Positions 47,601-57,500 of a DNA stretch of 64,000 nucleotides are shown in pieces (position 1 is the stretch's first letter; each line of letters opens with the position of its first letter). A program made the translations under genes and the position numbers. Below the pieces are notes generated by a model. That model was not told the DNA's origin. It saw only the letters and a list, made by a program, of their open reading frames with translations, and did no database searches. The stretch covers positions 294,270-358,269 of the IMG/VR virus record IMGVR_UViG_3300027759_006101. One strand, given 5' to 3'.

Positions 47601-48328
47601 AAAGATTCAATTTGTTCGTGAGATAAATTACCTTTTTGATTTAATGAGTTGTGATTTATATCAGGCAATCTGGCGGAATCTATTGTTCCAGTAGTGATTT
47701 TACTAGCATCAATATGCGAAATATTTTCAGAAGTTATTTGATTTTGAACTTCTGAAGAAAGATCGATAGGAGATGGATTGCCATTACCTCCTATGTGTTT
47801 ATGATTTTTTATAGAATACGACAAAGAAGAAAATAGAGTTATATCTTGTCGTGTAGATTCATCAAGAGATATAGAACCTAAGTTGATATCAATATCAAGA
47901 AATCCCAATAGTATATAATTTACAGAATCATTTATTTGCGTCAACGATGAAATAAAATCAACATCTCCCGATACAGCAGTTTGTTCATTTTCATATGCAT
48001 AAACAAAAATTCTAGTTGTTGAAGCATTTGTTGGGATAATAGGTAAACTTATATCTTTTGGGGATGTAGTTCTTGCAGCTTTATATGAGACAAAACCTTG
48101 ACCAGAGGTTATAGATAATTTTGAAAACTTAAAGTCATTAGAATAAGTTTGAATTCTCCAAGATGGAGTATTAGGATCTGATTCTATAATTCCATTTTTA
48201 AAAATTTGATACAGATTGTACATCTGATTTTCAATCGCTCTAAAACGCAATTCATCTAAATCAATGTTTTCTGACAGGTCTTGATTTGGTTCAATGTATC
48301 CAAATCCATATATTGGTGTATTTCCCAT
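44663..48328 (-). CDS. Tail/baseplate-associated protein with paralogous N-terminal domain and NHL-like C-terminal propeller (1221 aa)
   Basis: MGNTPIYGFGY...RFRAIENQ...ITSGQG...KNHKHIG...IDASKITTGTIDSARLP at the N-terminus. VICDTLNDRIVITD and LFHPKGLRI blades at the C-terminus. TAATG coupling. Confidence 0.78.
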   Translation of the reverse strand: MGNTPIYGFGYIEPNQDLSENIDLDELRFRAIENQMYNLYQIFKNGIIESDPNTPSWRIQTYSNDFKFSKLSITSGQGFVSYKAARTTSPKDISLPIIPTNASTTRIFVYAYENEQTAVSGDVDFISSLTQINDSVNYILLGFLDIDINLGSISLDESTRQDITLFSSLSYSIKNHKHIGGNGNPSPIDLSSEVQNQITSENISHIDASKITTGTIDSARLPDINHNSLNQKGNLSHEQIESLLLNYTSDSSSNTLSELSIANRLQMLIALKKQSGTGYSHIDSTQINTIVYVPGIFPNNNGNSSTGNSAGFAITTGAPSKYALATVYNNAPWASGNGISNSVSTSTFVSDKTYVTLTELNQARIIASSIGSTLYSYYNNVAIAGSATTGSFSIDTPINYRTLAVPSASIFSTTDSWSTGLIFTNSYDSNKLKVDTGLYAFKLFDSPVSLEYNSKIGIGFSAGLGETGAALGKIYMYLVVGTGASDPNLSTDEKIEFAPNTGTATTSIYISPVTNKKIFDDETYGSSGSTATYQSFNLSDFGDNSLIKSVLGYGFYFATDQGWTADKQVKFELLTPSESQINPDNNLDNLIESRRSALGTTSSLFTWNDLYTYKNANFLFRFDSGDVTTQYNQVSYEVDLPSGTKYTLKSRTNTSSEVFYNVRTVNESDVITVTPNTNSSVGRYFDLLFSVYSNENQNLTPTFSNIRVNYSAVGTATSRIYDRNLTDTSINKFGWVSDAYSVKNIGYGTTNPDNTNYLSIYDTSKVGNWVYLRNNTLISATNLRVETTVEDGIDNSTLAGYLTPVQIFNKSTSYGFNTPKDYQALNNGGNVICDTLNDRIVITDINGNFTKVIQGNIRLRLQSRDFVALSATFNPVTRKIFIAFSQNISFEDLTKIFIVYDNITVRADDTRLTTEYVEPISGNSSTFVINIQNTVEGRTLSSALANSSLRKIRLDRGSFTNSGPSINSTDILSATIPQSTVSDINRTQQFYAGISTSFSGTVTTAIGISSTSQTVSSVTDYNGDGEVSLTKMYGPNNQEDDIQLDLLKGPIYYKNIYNPLSVQYVENDNHIVLSQPHSDSVLSLVDNDDLDLNWAITSDIVKYYDNKVGSAYQMGSNKVLLGSPAVDSNDTGKLQVYNITNGFIETKLTFNNDVVKALPGPSTDYSNFYVLTDDVISFGANSRLHLVNTSGTILATWGDNNELFHPKGLRIAGNDTILISE

Positions 48329-48570
48329 TATCTTTTTTCTCTTGGTTTATATTCTGCTGTAACTTTTTGTAGTCCCCAGTTAGAATATCCCCATCGCAGT
48401 ACATCTTCAGTTTGTAAGGTGTCTGTATTTGTAAGATTGACCATTTGCATTTGTTGTGCGACAGGGCTTCTTAAAGAAACGTTGTTGCTCTCAACTGCGT
48501 CTTTGAATCTAATTTGCTCTGAAATAATAAAAGATAGGGAATTGAAAGATGCCATAATACTAAATATCAT
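48328..48570 (-). CDS. Small hypothetical protein (75-80 aa)
   Basis: Bridges the hub-like and 1221-aa genes with overlapping start/stop; contains RWGYSNWG. The start could be the second ATG (48555). Confidence 0.6.
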   Translation of the reverse strand: MIFSIMASFNSLSFIISEQIRFKDAVESNNVSLRSPVAQQMQMVNLTNTDTLQTEDVLRWGYSNWGLQKVTAEYKPREKR

Positions 48571-51484
48571 TTATAAGGAATGGGATGTTAATTCCTGTAA
48601 CATTTGCTGTAATAACATTTTGAGATTTATCAAAGACATAATTTATTCTCTCATAAATATATTTATCAGTATAATCGACTGTCTTGGGATCTACTACAAA
48701 CACTTGAATTACAAATGTTCCGTGAAATTTTAAAGGCTTTGTTACATAACAACTAAATGAGACTTCGCTTTGAGGAGTTGCAATAACTTTTTCTAATTCA
48801 TCAGTAATTCTCTCTAAAGTTCTTTGGTCTGGAATAGTATTTCTTTGTTCAGATGAAACTTTATATTTTCTAAATCCTATGTAAGGTTTTGCAAATGGAT
48901 TTTGTTCTACATTTAATAAATCTTTTTTAGCTGAGAGTTTATCAAGAAGTGTTTCACCCAAATAATCTCTTGGATCTGCAGGGTAAAATCCTGGGTTATA
49001 TCTTTCGTCTGCTAAAAAGCCAGTAATAGATGATGCAAAAGCTTTTACACCAGCAGCTAATGATTTCATATCAGTAGATATTGTAAATGAATCTGTTATA
49101 AGTCCGTGCCAACCTGGGTCACTTAAAGGAACATTCTGATTGACTAATGCATTCTGATTATAATTGATTATAGATACATTAGCTGCTGGATCTGAAACTA
49201 TACCAGTAAACCTCAAGTCGTTATCAATAGTGTCATCTCTGTATCTTCCGGATAAGACAAATCCAAAGTTTTCAGCCCACCTCATTACTGGAAGCCCACC
49301 AACTCTATTTAATCTTTCTAAAATAGATTTTATTTTTGGATAAATAGTCTGAGTAGGAGAACATTTTATTAAATCTTGGTTATTGACCGACTGCGAGTTT
49401 AATCTTAAATCAATGTCTCTTATGTTAGTATTGTCTCTATAGTAATATGACCAAAATCCAGAAGCAGCAATTAAACTATCAATTGCAAAATCGTGTCTCA
49501 TACCAGCAATAATCATATTTTTTTCAAAATAAATATTATCCAAAGTATATGACATAATGTCAACACAAGTAAGCGTAAATGTGCTGTCAGAACCTGTTCT
49601 TTGATATTCTACGTTTGTTATAAATCCTTGAAAATAACAATATCCAGGACCATTTAAGTAACCTGCATCTATAGTTATGCAAATCAAATTATTTTCTATA
49701 GCATTTATAACTTTATATCCTTTGAGGGAAGTATCTAGATTTTTTAAAGTTACAGTTGCTGTCTTCTTAATTATGCAGCTATTTCCACCATCATTTTGAC
49801 AACTTACATTCCAAGTAAGCAAAAACTCAGATATATCAGCTACTGGAATAAAAAGATCTTGAACTGGTGGATTTATAAAACCATACCCTGATTCAGCATT
49901 ACTTTTACCGCTTATATTCTTGAATGTAGTGCTACTTTCAGCACTGCGGTTAGGACTAGCTGCCAAAACTCCGGGATGTGGCATCTCTACCTGTAAAAAT
50001 GCTGGTCCTTCAATTGTTGTGTTATAAAATAGCTTAAATACATAATCATATCTCGGAAAATTTTTCTCTTTACTGTTTCTTTGTTTAGTTTCTATAAACT
50101 GAGAATTAAATTGAGCATTAGAGAGTCTATGGTCTGCATAGTAAGATATATTTTTATCTAAAGGATTTTTATCTTTATGAAATCCTGTATTTCCAGGGGT
50201 TGGGTTAATTCTGTAAGATGCAGCTTCAAAAGAAGTGACAATATCTTCTAGTGTGTCAATGTTTGCTAAATTTTGTGGCAATATAAATTGAGATATAATT
50301 TGATTATTAGTAAATTCATCCTGATCGTTATTAAAATTATTAAAAATAATTGCTGAATATCTAAACTTTAGGTTTAAGTTCGAAACTCCTAAAGATATTT
50401 TTGTACTAGGAGGACACCAACATTCTCTTGAGTCAGATGGAACTATTGAATTCCATTTTGTAATATCAGAAGTAAATCCTATGAGTACAACTGGGCCAAC
50501 AAAATGCACAAAAATATCATATGAATGCATATTATTTTTGTCAAATATTGGAGCTTCTGAAGTTGTTATTACTTTATAGTCTGAAATTGAAGGATCATAA
50601 AACTTAATTATTGGCTTTTTGTCTATTTTGAATTGTATTTCAAAGTCATTATAATATCTATCGTCTGGAACTACTGGAGCAAAATAAACTGAGAGTGCGG
50701 AATCACTTTGATTAACATTGCTTGCAGAAAAATTGATATGAAAACCATTGCCTCCATTATCTCCTCTAGCATTGATAGGATAATCATTTCCATCAGGATT
50801 AAATATTCTTGCTTCTTTTTGATATACAGCGTCAAAAGAAGTGGCAAATATTCTTTCGACATAGGTAATTTGATCGATAGAACTTATTTCAACTGATGAA
50901 CCACCATTAGGATCATTTATAGTTTTCAAAGTACCTGAGTTAGTATTTTGTTTGTAAGGGCCAATGTATTTTATAGCTTGGGTGCCACTATTTACAATAT
51001 TCCAAATATTGTATGTTGTTAACACATTGCCTTTGTCGCTAAAAGGAATCTGTGGAAGATGTAATGCTTTTGAAGAACTTATTTTTTTTGTTCTTTTTGT
51101 TGATGTTACTCTTGGATCATCAACAAACTCAACATTGTATGCGGGGCCTTTGAGTTTATTGAAATTTGGATGAACTTCATTTGGTACGATTCCACCAAAT
51201 GCAAAAGTACAGGATGAGGCACTTACGGATGTATTTACTTCAGGAATTCTAGCGCTTTGCAATGAGTTTAATTTCTGTAATCTAGAACTAAACTTTTTCT
51301 CCACAATACCGTCAGGATTTGTATACAAAGGCTCAAAATCGTAATTTAAGACATTGGTGTTTTCTGCAGGCTTAGCTTGAGACGTTGCAGAGTATTCGCC
51401 CGTGAAAAAACCACTTTCTGGAGCGTTTATAATCGAAAGTTTAATAGTAGAAACTAACTGTCTTGAGTCGGGAAGTAAATTCAT
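48560..51484 (-). CDS. Putative tail hub/baseplate-type protein (974 aa)
   Basis: C-terminal half has the hub/late-control-like pattern ATVTLKN...ITIDAGY...FQGFITNVEYQR...FTLTCVD. Confidence 0.55.
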   Translation of the reverse strand: MNLLPDSRQLVSTIKLSIINAPESGFFTGEYSATSQAKPAENTNVLNYDFEPLYTNPDGIVEKKFSSRLQKLNSLQSARIPEVNTSVSASSCTFAFGGIVPNEVHPNFNKLKGPAYNVEFVDDPRVTSTKRTKKISSSKALHLPQIPFSDKGNVLTTYNIWNIVNSGTQAIKYIGPYKQNTNSGTLKTINDPNGGSSVEISSIDQITYVERIFATSFDAVYQKEARIFNPDGNDYPINARGDNGGNGFHINFSASNVNQSDSALSVYFAPVVPDDRYYNDFEIQFKIDKKPIIKFYDPSISDYKVITTSEAPIFDKNNMHSYDIFVHFVGPVVLIGFTSDITKWNSIVPSDSRECWCPPSTKISLGVSNLNLKFRYSAIIFNNFNNDQDEFTNNQIISQFILPQNLANIDTLEDIVTSFEAASYRINPTPGNTGFHKDKNPLDKNISYYADHRLSNAQFNSQFIETKQRNSKEKNFPRYDYVFKLFYNTTIEGPAFLQVEMPHPGVLAASPNRSAESSTTFKNISGKSNAESGYGFINPPVQDLFIPVADISEFLLTWNVSCQNDGGNSCIIKKTATVTLKNLDTSLKGYKVINAIENNLICITIDAGYLNGPGYCYFQGFITNVEYQRTGSDSTFTLTCVDIMSYTLDNIYFEKNMIIAGMRHDFAIDSLIAASGFWSYYYRDNTNIRDIDLRLNSQSVNNQDLIKCSPTQTIYPKIKSILERLNRVGGLPVMRWAENFGFVLSGRYRDDTIDNDLRFTGIVSDPAANVSIINYNQNALVNQNVPLSDPGWHGLITDSFTISTDMKSLAAGVKAFASSITGFLADERYNPGFYPADPRDYLGETLLDKLSAKKDLLNVEQNPFAKPYIGFRKYKVSSEQRNTIPDQRTLERITDELEKVIATPQSEVSFSCYVTKPLKFHGTFVIQVFVVDPKTVDYTDKYIYERINYVFDKSQNVITANVTGINIPFLINDI

Positions 51485-51521
51485 ATATTTTAATTATAAA
51501 TAAGTTAAAAAGTAATATCCT

Positions 51522-54500
51522 TTATTGTGCAGACTGCTCAGTTGGATACACTGTCAGAACGTCAGGATTTGGATACCCTCCAGTTCTGACAAATGTAAAA
51601 GTATTAGTTGATGGTTTAGCAGATGAAGCAATCAGCAATGAATGAAATCCTCCAGCAGAAATATCAGTTGGATTTGCAATATCGACAACCGAAGATATTT
51701 CACCGGGAAATCTTCCATTTTTTGAGTTTTCAGATAAAGTATCTTTATAACTTGATGCAAAGCCTAATTCACCATCTAAATTAACACCCCAAGGCCAATA
51801 ATAATTTTCTGACAAAGCCAAATATCCGAAGTTACTCACAGATATTTTTTGAAAAGTTTCTGCTTTAGGATCGCCTGGTAAAAAGTTTTGGTTTTCTGCT
51901 GCTGTCCCAGGACTTATCAAGAAAGCTGGAATTTCATTTGCGTTTGTGAATCCATAGAAGTATATTGCTCTGTTGAAATAAGGGTCAGTATCAGCCAATA
52001 ATACTCCAATCCTGTTCTCATATGTTGATATATCATACGCATAACCCCATCCTCTCAAATTAGTTTTTCCAGCAAACCAAACAATTTGGTTGTCCGGATC
52101 GAATGCGATACCAGTAACATAGCCTATAAAATCGTTTGGGCTAGTTGGATCGAAAAATCCTATTTCTATTTTGAACGGCATCATAGGAGTTGTCAAAAAT
52201 AAATCAGGGTTTTGTCGGACATCAATACCAATAAATCCAATTTCATTTACAAATCCAGTTGAAGAATAATTATGTTTTCCGGCAACCCATACTTTTTTAT
52301 TATCAGCAAAAGCAGTAATATGTTGGCAGGTTGAAACATCTAAAAGTGCATCATTGTTTGAAAAATTAAGAGGACTATTAGATAAATTTCTTTCTAGAAT
52401 TGATTTAAATCCATATATGTTACTCTTAGGTAATGCTTGCCCGAAAGTCCCCAAATTATTATCGCCACAAACTAGCAAGACTTTTTTATTCAATACAGTA
52501 TCTTCAACAATAATTGCTGAAGTTCTATCTCCTGCTGATACTTTGACTACCTTGAATTTAGAATTTAATGGAATTTTTGTCAAAACATTTACTTTGCTTA
52601 TATTGCTCGGCAAACCCAATTGTCCATAAGTATTGTCGCCACTTCCATATAGTGTGCCAAGATCATCAACTGCAAATGAATGTTTCAATCCTGATTCAAT
52701 TATGACGTACTTTTTAGTATCATCTACTAACTCGTAACCATATCTGTTAGGTTCATAAGCTCCACTTGCAATTGCTCCATTAATTGACTGTCCAGTAGTA
52801 AACAACTTGTTTGCATCAACTTTGGGAACTGGAGAAACATTTACTGGCACATTTAATCTTCTACCTAAATTTGTCAGCAATGAAGATTTTAAATTCTGAG
52901 TGTCTGCTACTACTAATGAAACAAGGAACAACCCTACTGTATTAAATGAGTAAGATAATTGTGAAGCAGTTCTAACTAAAACACCATCTAAATACCACTC
53001 AAAAGTGATGTTATTTAAGTCTTCTGGATCATAAGAAAGTAAGCCATCAAACGTATAAGTATCTCCTACTTTAAGCTCAATATTACCTGATAATTCTGGC
53101 TCATTGCTTATCACAGCAATAGGGTTTTTATTTGGTGGTGGAGGTGGAGGAGTTCTAACAACAAATATTGTTTTATTTACTGGAATACTTTCTAATCCAA
53201 AATTGTCAAACACACTTAATGTCACAGTATGATTGCCTGTACTTGTGAAAATAAAAGAAATTTCTGGTGTGTTTAAATTTTGATTAATTCCATCCACTAA
53301 CCATTTGTAACCACTTATGAATTGATTAATATCAGAATCGTTACTACCATCCGATGTAAATGTGACGCTTGTATTAATTTCAACTTGTGTAATACCTGGA
53401 GGTACTGTATTCAAGACTGCAATTGGCTGATTGTTTCTAACTATATAACTTAATGTTTCAGTGCTTGATCCATCTTGATTGTCTATGACTTTTAGTGAAA
53501 CATTGTAAGTACCAGGCTGTGTGTATCTTGTTACAGCAATTTGTTCAAAAGAAGTCTGTCCATTACCAAAATCCCAGTAATAAGCTAATGGACCACCTAT
53601 ATTGTCAGGATCATAACTGCCTGCTCCTGAAAAAGTAACATCTAATGGTGCAAAACTTGTATTTGACACAGGGTTAGCTGTTATTCGAGCAACTGGAGGC
53701 TGATTAGGAGGATTTACCTTGACAGCAACAGTTACAGTATTGCTCCAAAAACCATCATTATCCCTTACTCTATGAGAAACTGTGTATGGTACAAATCTTG
53801 GCGTATTAAACGTGTAAATGAAAGATTTTGTAGTTATTGGGGTAATTTGCAAACCAGATATTGTCCACTCATAATCAGATATACTTCCATCTAAATCAAA
53901 CGCTAGTGAATCGAAAATGACTGTGAATGGAGCAAATCCTGTAATTACTTTATTTACGTCTGTCGGATTTGTAGAAATAACTGCCACAGGTATTCTGTTG
54001 CTGACAAAAATGTTTTTTGTAATGGAATTTGATAAATTGAATTTATCATAAACTGTCAATGTAACTGAATAAGTTTTATTGCCGAAAGCATACTGGTGTT
54101 GTGGAGATTTTTTGTTAGCATCAGAAGTTACAAAACTATTTTGATCTCCAAAATTCCACTCCCATCTTACTAAATCATTTTCTGGATCAGTAGATGAATC
54201 TATAAAATTAATTGTTTGTAATGTTTGTGGATTTGTAGGGTTGAATGAAAAATTTGCGCTTGGAGGTTGATTTATAATTGTGATTTGCTGATTACTTGGT
54301 AAACTTCTTCCATTTCTATTATCAGTGACTACCAAACTTGCATTATAAATACCAACACTTTTGTAAATATGAGATATGTTTGCTGGATTCACAAATGAAG
54401 TTGTATTTCCATCTCCAAAATCTATTTCGTAAAAAGTGATAAACCCATCTGGATCTTTTGAACTTGCAACATCAAAATTAAACAAATCATTTACTAAGCC

Positions 54501-57500
54501 AGTGTTTTTATCAACCAATAAAATAGCATTTGGTAAAATATTGTCTGCAGGACTAACATTGACTACAACCTGTGTTGAATTACTATCACCAAAATCATCA
54601 GTAACAGTCAAAGTTACAGTATATGAACCTTCTGACGTAAATTGAAATGTTGGATTCTGTAAACTTGATACTTGCCCATTACTTACAACCCAAGCATAAG
54701 ATACTATATTTCCGTCTTCATCAAAAGAATTTTGTCCAGAGAATAATAAGGAACCTGGTGCCTTTACAATTAATGAAGTGTATGAAATTCTTGCAGTTGG
54801 TTTTCTATTATTTACTGTTAGTGTTTTTTGGCTAATGTTACTAGCACCAAAATTATCTATGACTTCAAGTGAAATTGTATATAAACCAGGCCTATTATAA
54901 ATATGACTTACATTAGGAGATGCATTATCTTGTCTTACAGTATCACCGAAATCCCAATTGTAACTTACTATAGTACCGTCAGAATCAAAAGATTTTGATC
55001 CATCAAAATTTGCTGATTCTTTAGAATTTATTGGATTAGGAGAAATTGTAAATATAGAATTAGGCAAAGAATTATTAACAATAATATCAAAAGTAGCAGT
55101 GTTGCTTAAGCCATTATTGTCAGTAACCGTAAGCTTTACTGTATATAATCCAGATTTTGTAAAAACATAACTTATTGTTTTTCTGTAATTTTGCAAGTTA
55201 AATTCTACGAAAGAATTATTTTCAAGTTCCCAAAGCCACTTTACAATAAATCCATCTGTATCTGTAGATGTATCAGTGAAATTTACTGCAAGCGGAGCAA
55301 AATTGTTATTATTATCAACAGTAAAAGAAGCTTGTGGAGGTTTGTTAGCTGGAGGAGCAAAAACTTCTATCTGTAAAGATTTCTGTGAAGATTTCTTATT
55401 TGTTCCATCAAAAAGTCCGTTATCTGTCACTGTCAAAGTTACATCATAAACTCCAGGCGAAACATACTGATGGGTTGGATTTTTGCTTAGGGATGATGTG
55501 GTTGAATAAATATCAGAACCATCTCCAAAATTCCATTCCCATTTAATAATATATCCATCAATATCTGAGGATTCTTCTGTGAACTTTACAATAATTGGTT
55601 CAAAACTTGTTTGGGTTGCATTAATAAGGTTTATTACTGGAGGTTGGTTGGTTATTTCAGATACAGTAATGGTCTTGACTTCAATATCTGTATTTCCGAA
55701 ACTATCTGTAACTTCAAGTGAAACTGTGTAACTACCAAATGTGGAGTAATTGAACACTGGGTTTTGAATATTAGAAGTCAATGACAAATTATTAGCATCA
55801 AATAACCACTTCCAATTTACTATTTGTCCTTCTGACGTATCAAGAAAATTAACAGTATATGTTTTATCAACTTGTGAATATGAAAAGTTTGCTATTGGAT
55901 TATTATTTCCTTGACCTGACACAGATACACTATAATTTATAGAATTAGTATCATTAGAACTATTAGTAACCGTAAGTTTAACATCGTATACACCTGGTAA
56001 ATCATAAAAATGTTCTGGATTTTGAGAGTATGAAGTTTGTCCATCACCAAAATCCCAAGCCCAAGACGTAACTATATTTGCTGGAGTAGATTTATCAGTG
56101 AACTTTACATTAAATACGGGACCAAAAGATGTTTGTTTCCAAGAAAAATCTGCTTTTGGTGTTAATGATACTACAATGTTAGGGCCTGTAAATAAATCAC
56201 TCTTTCTACTAAAATTATCTTCAACATAAAGTGTTGGTTTATAAGTACCAGAAATTGTGTAATCGTATATCAAGTCATCATTATTTGAAAAACTTGATAA
56301 CTGACCATTTCCTAAAAAATCCCAAACATAAGTAGCTATTACAGATCCATCTTTTACGGGAAAAGATTGGTTTGTGAAAAGGACACTAAGTGTTGCTGGT
56401 CCAGATGTAGGACTAGCGCTAAACTTTGCTGTGGGTTTTAAGTCAGTTACTTTTGGATAAACTGTAATTTTCAAAGTTGTTGGATTAGACTTTACTCCAT
56501 TACTGTTTGTAACTATCAATGTGACAGTAAATTCTTTATCAACATTTGTAGAGTTTACAAAAGTATGAGTTGGATTTGTTTCTATTGAACTAGTGCCATC
56601 ACCAAAGTCCCATTCATAAGTTAATTCACTTCCAGAAAAATCAAATGAATCATTAGAAAAAACTACAAATAAATCAGTAATTCCAGAAGTTGGATTTGCG
56701 GTAAATAAAGCTTGAGGTTTTATATTATTAGTGTCTGTTGTCACGTCAGCTGAAGAGACGCATTCTATTGGGTAATCAACATATGTACAAGCTATTCCAG
56801 TTATATTATCAAATGTGTTAGAATACGGGTTGAATTTAACAGCTCTTAGGTTACAATTACCAGTATCGTAAACAACAATTACATCACTAGAGTAATTCAT
56901 ATGTTTGCAGCTTATTATTGCAGGTTTATGTTTTGAAACTACACTTGAAAGTTCTGAGTTTGAATCATAGTAAGTAACCATACTTTCTCTTTGAATCAAA
57001 TTAACTGCGAAGTCAGAATTTACATTACCAGCTATCAAATGTAATTTTGGAATTACTGAAGTGCCAAAACTGCTCGAAGATACAGGGACTTCATAATAAA
57101 CTATTGAGCCACTACTAAAGAATACGTTTCTTTGAACATTTAAGCGATTATCGTAAACTGATGTCAACCCAAAAATATTACTTTCTTCCGATAAAGTTTG
57201 GCCAGAAATATCATCAAGATTTATTAATTCAAATTTATCAGAAAGCTCGTAATTAGAAATAAATTTACCATTGATTATTCGCAAATTTTCTTTTAGAACG
57301 TAAGAAACTAAATACTCCTGTGAGTTTATAATTGAAACAGTAGGGTGAACAGGAGCAGCTATGCCTTCGAGCATTAGTGTGTCTAGAAGTCTAAATTCAG
57401 ATATGTATGTTGGAGCTTTACCAGCTACTAGAATATTTTGGTCAGTAACTGGAGCAACAGTTCCGCTTGTATTAAGTGGAATTGTTCTAAAAATTACAGA

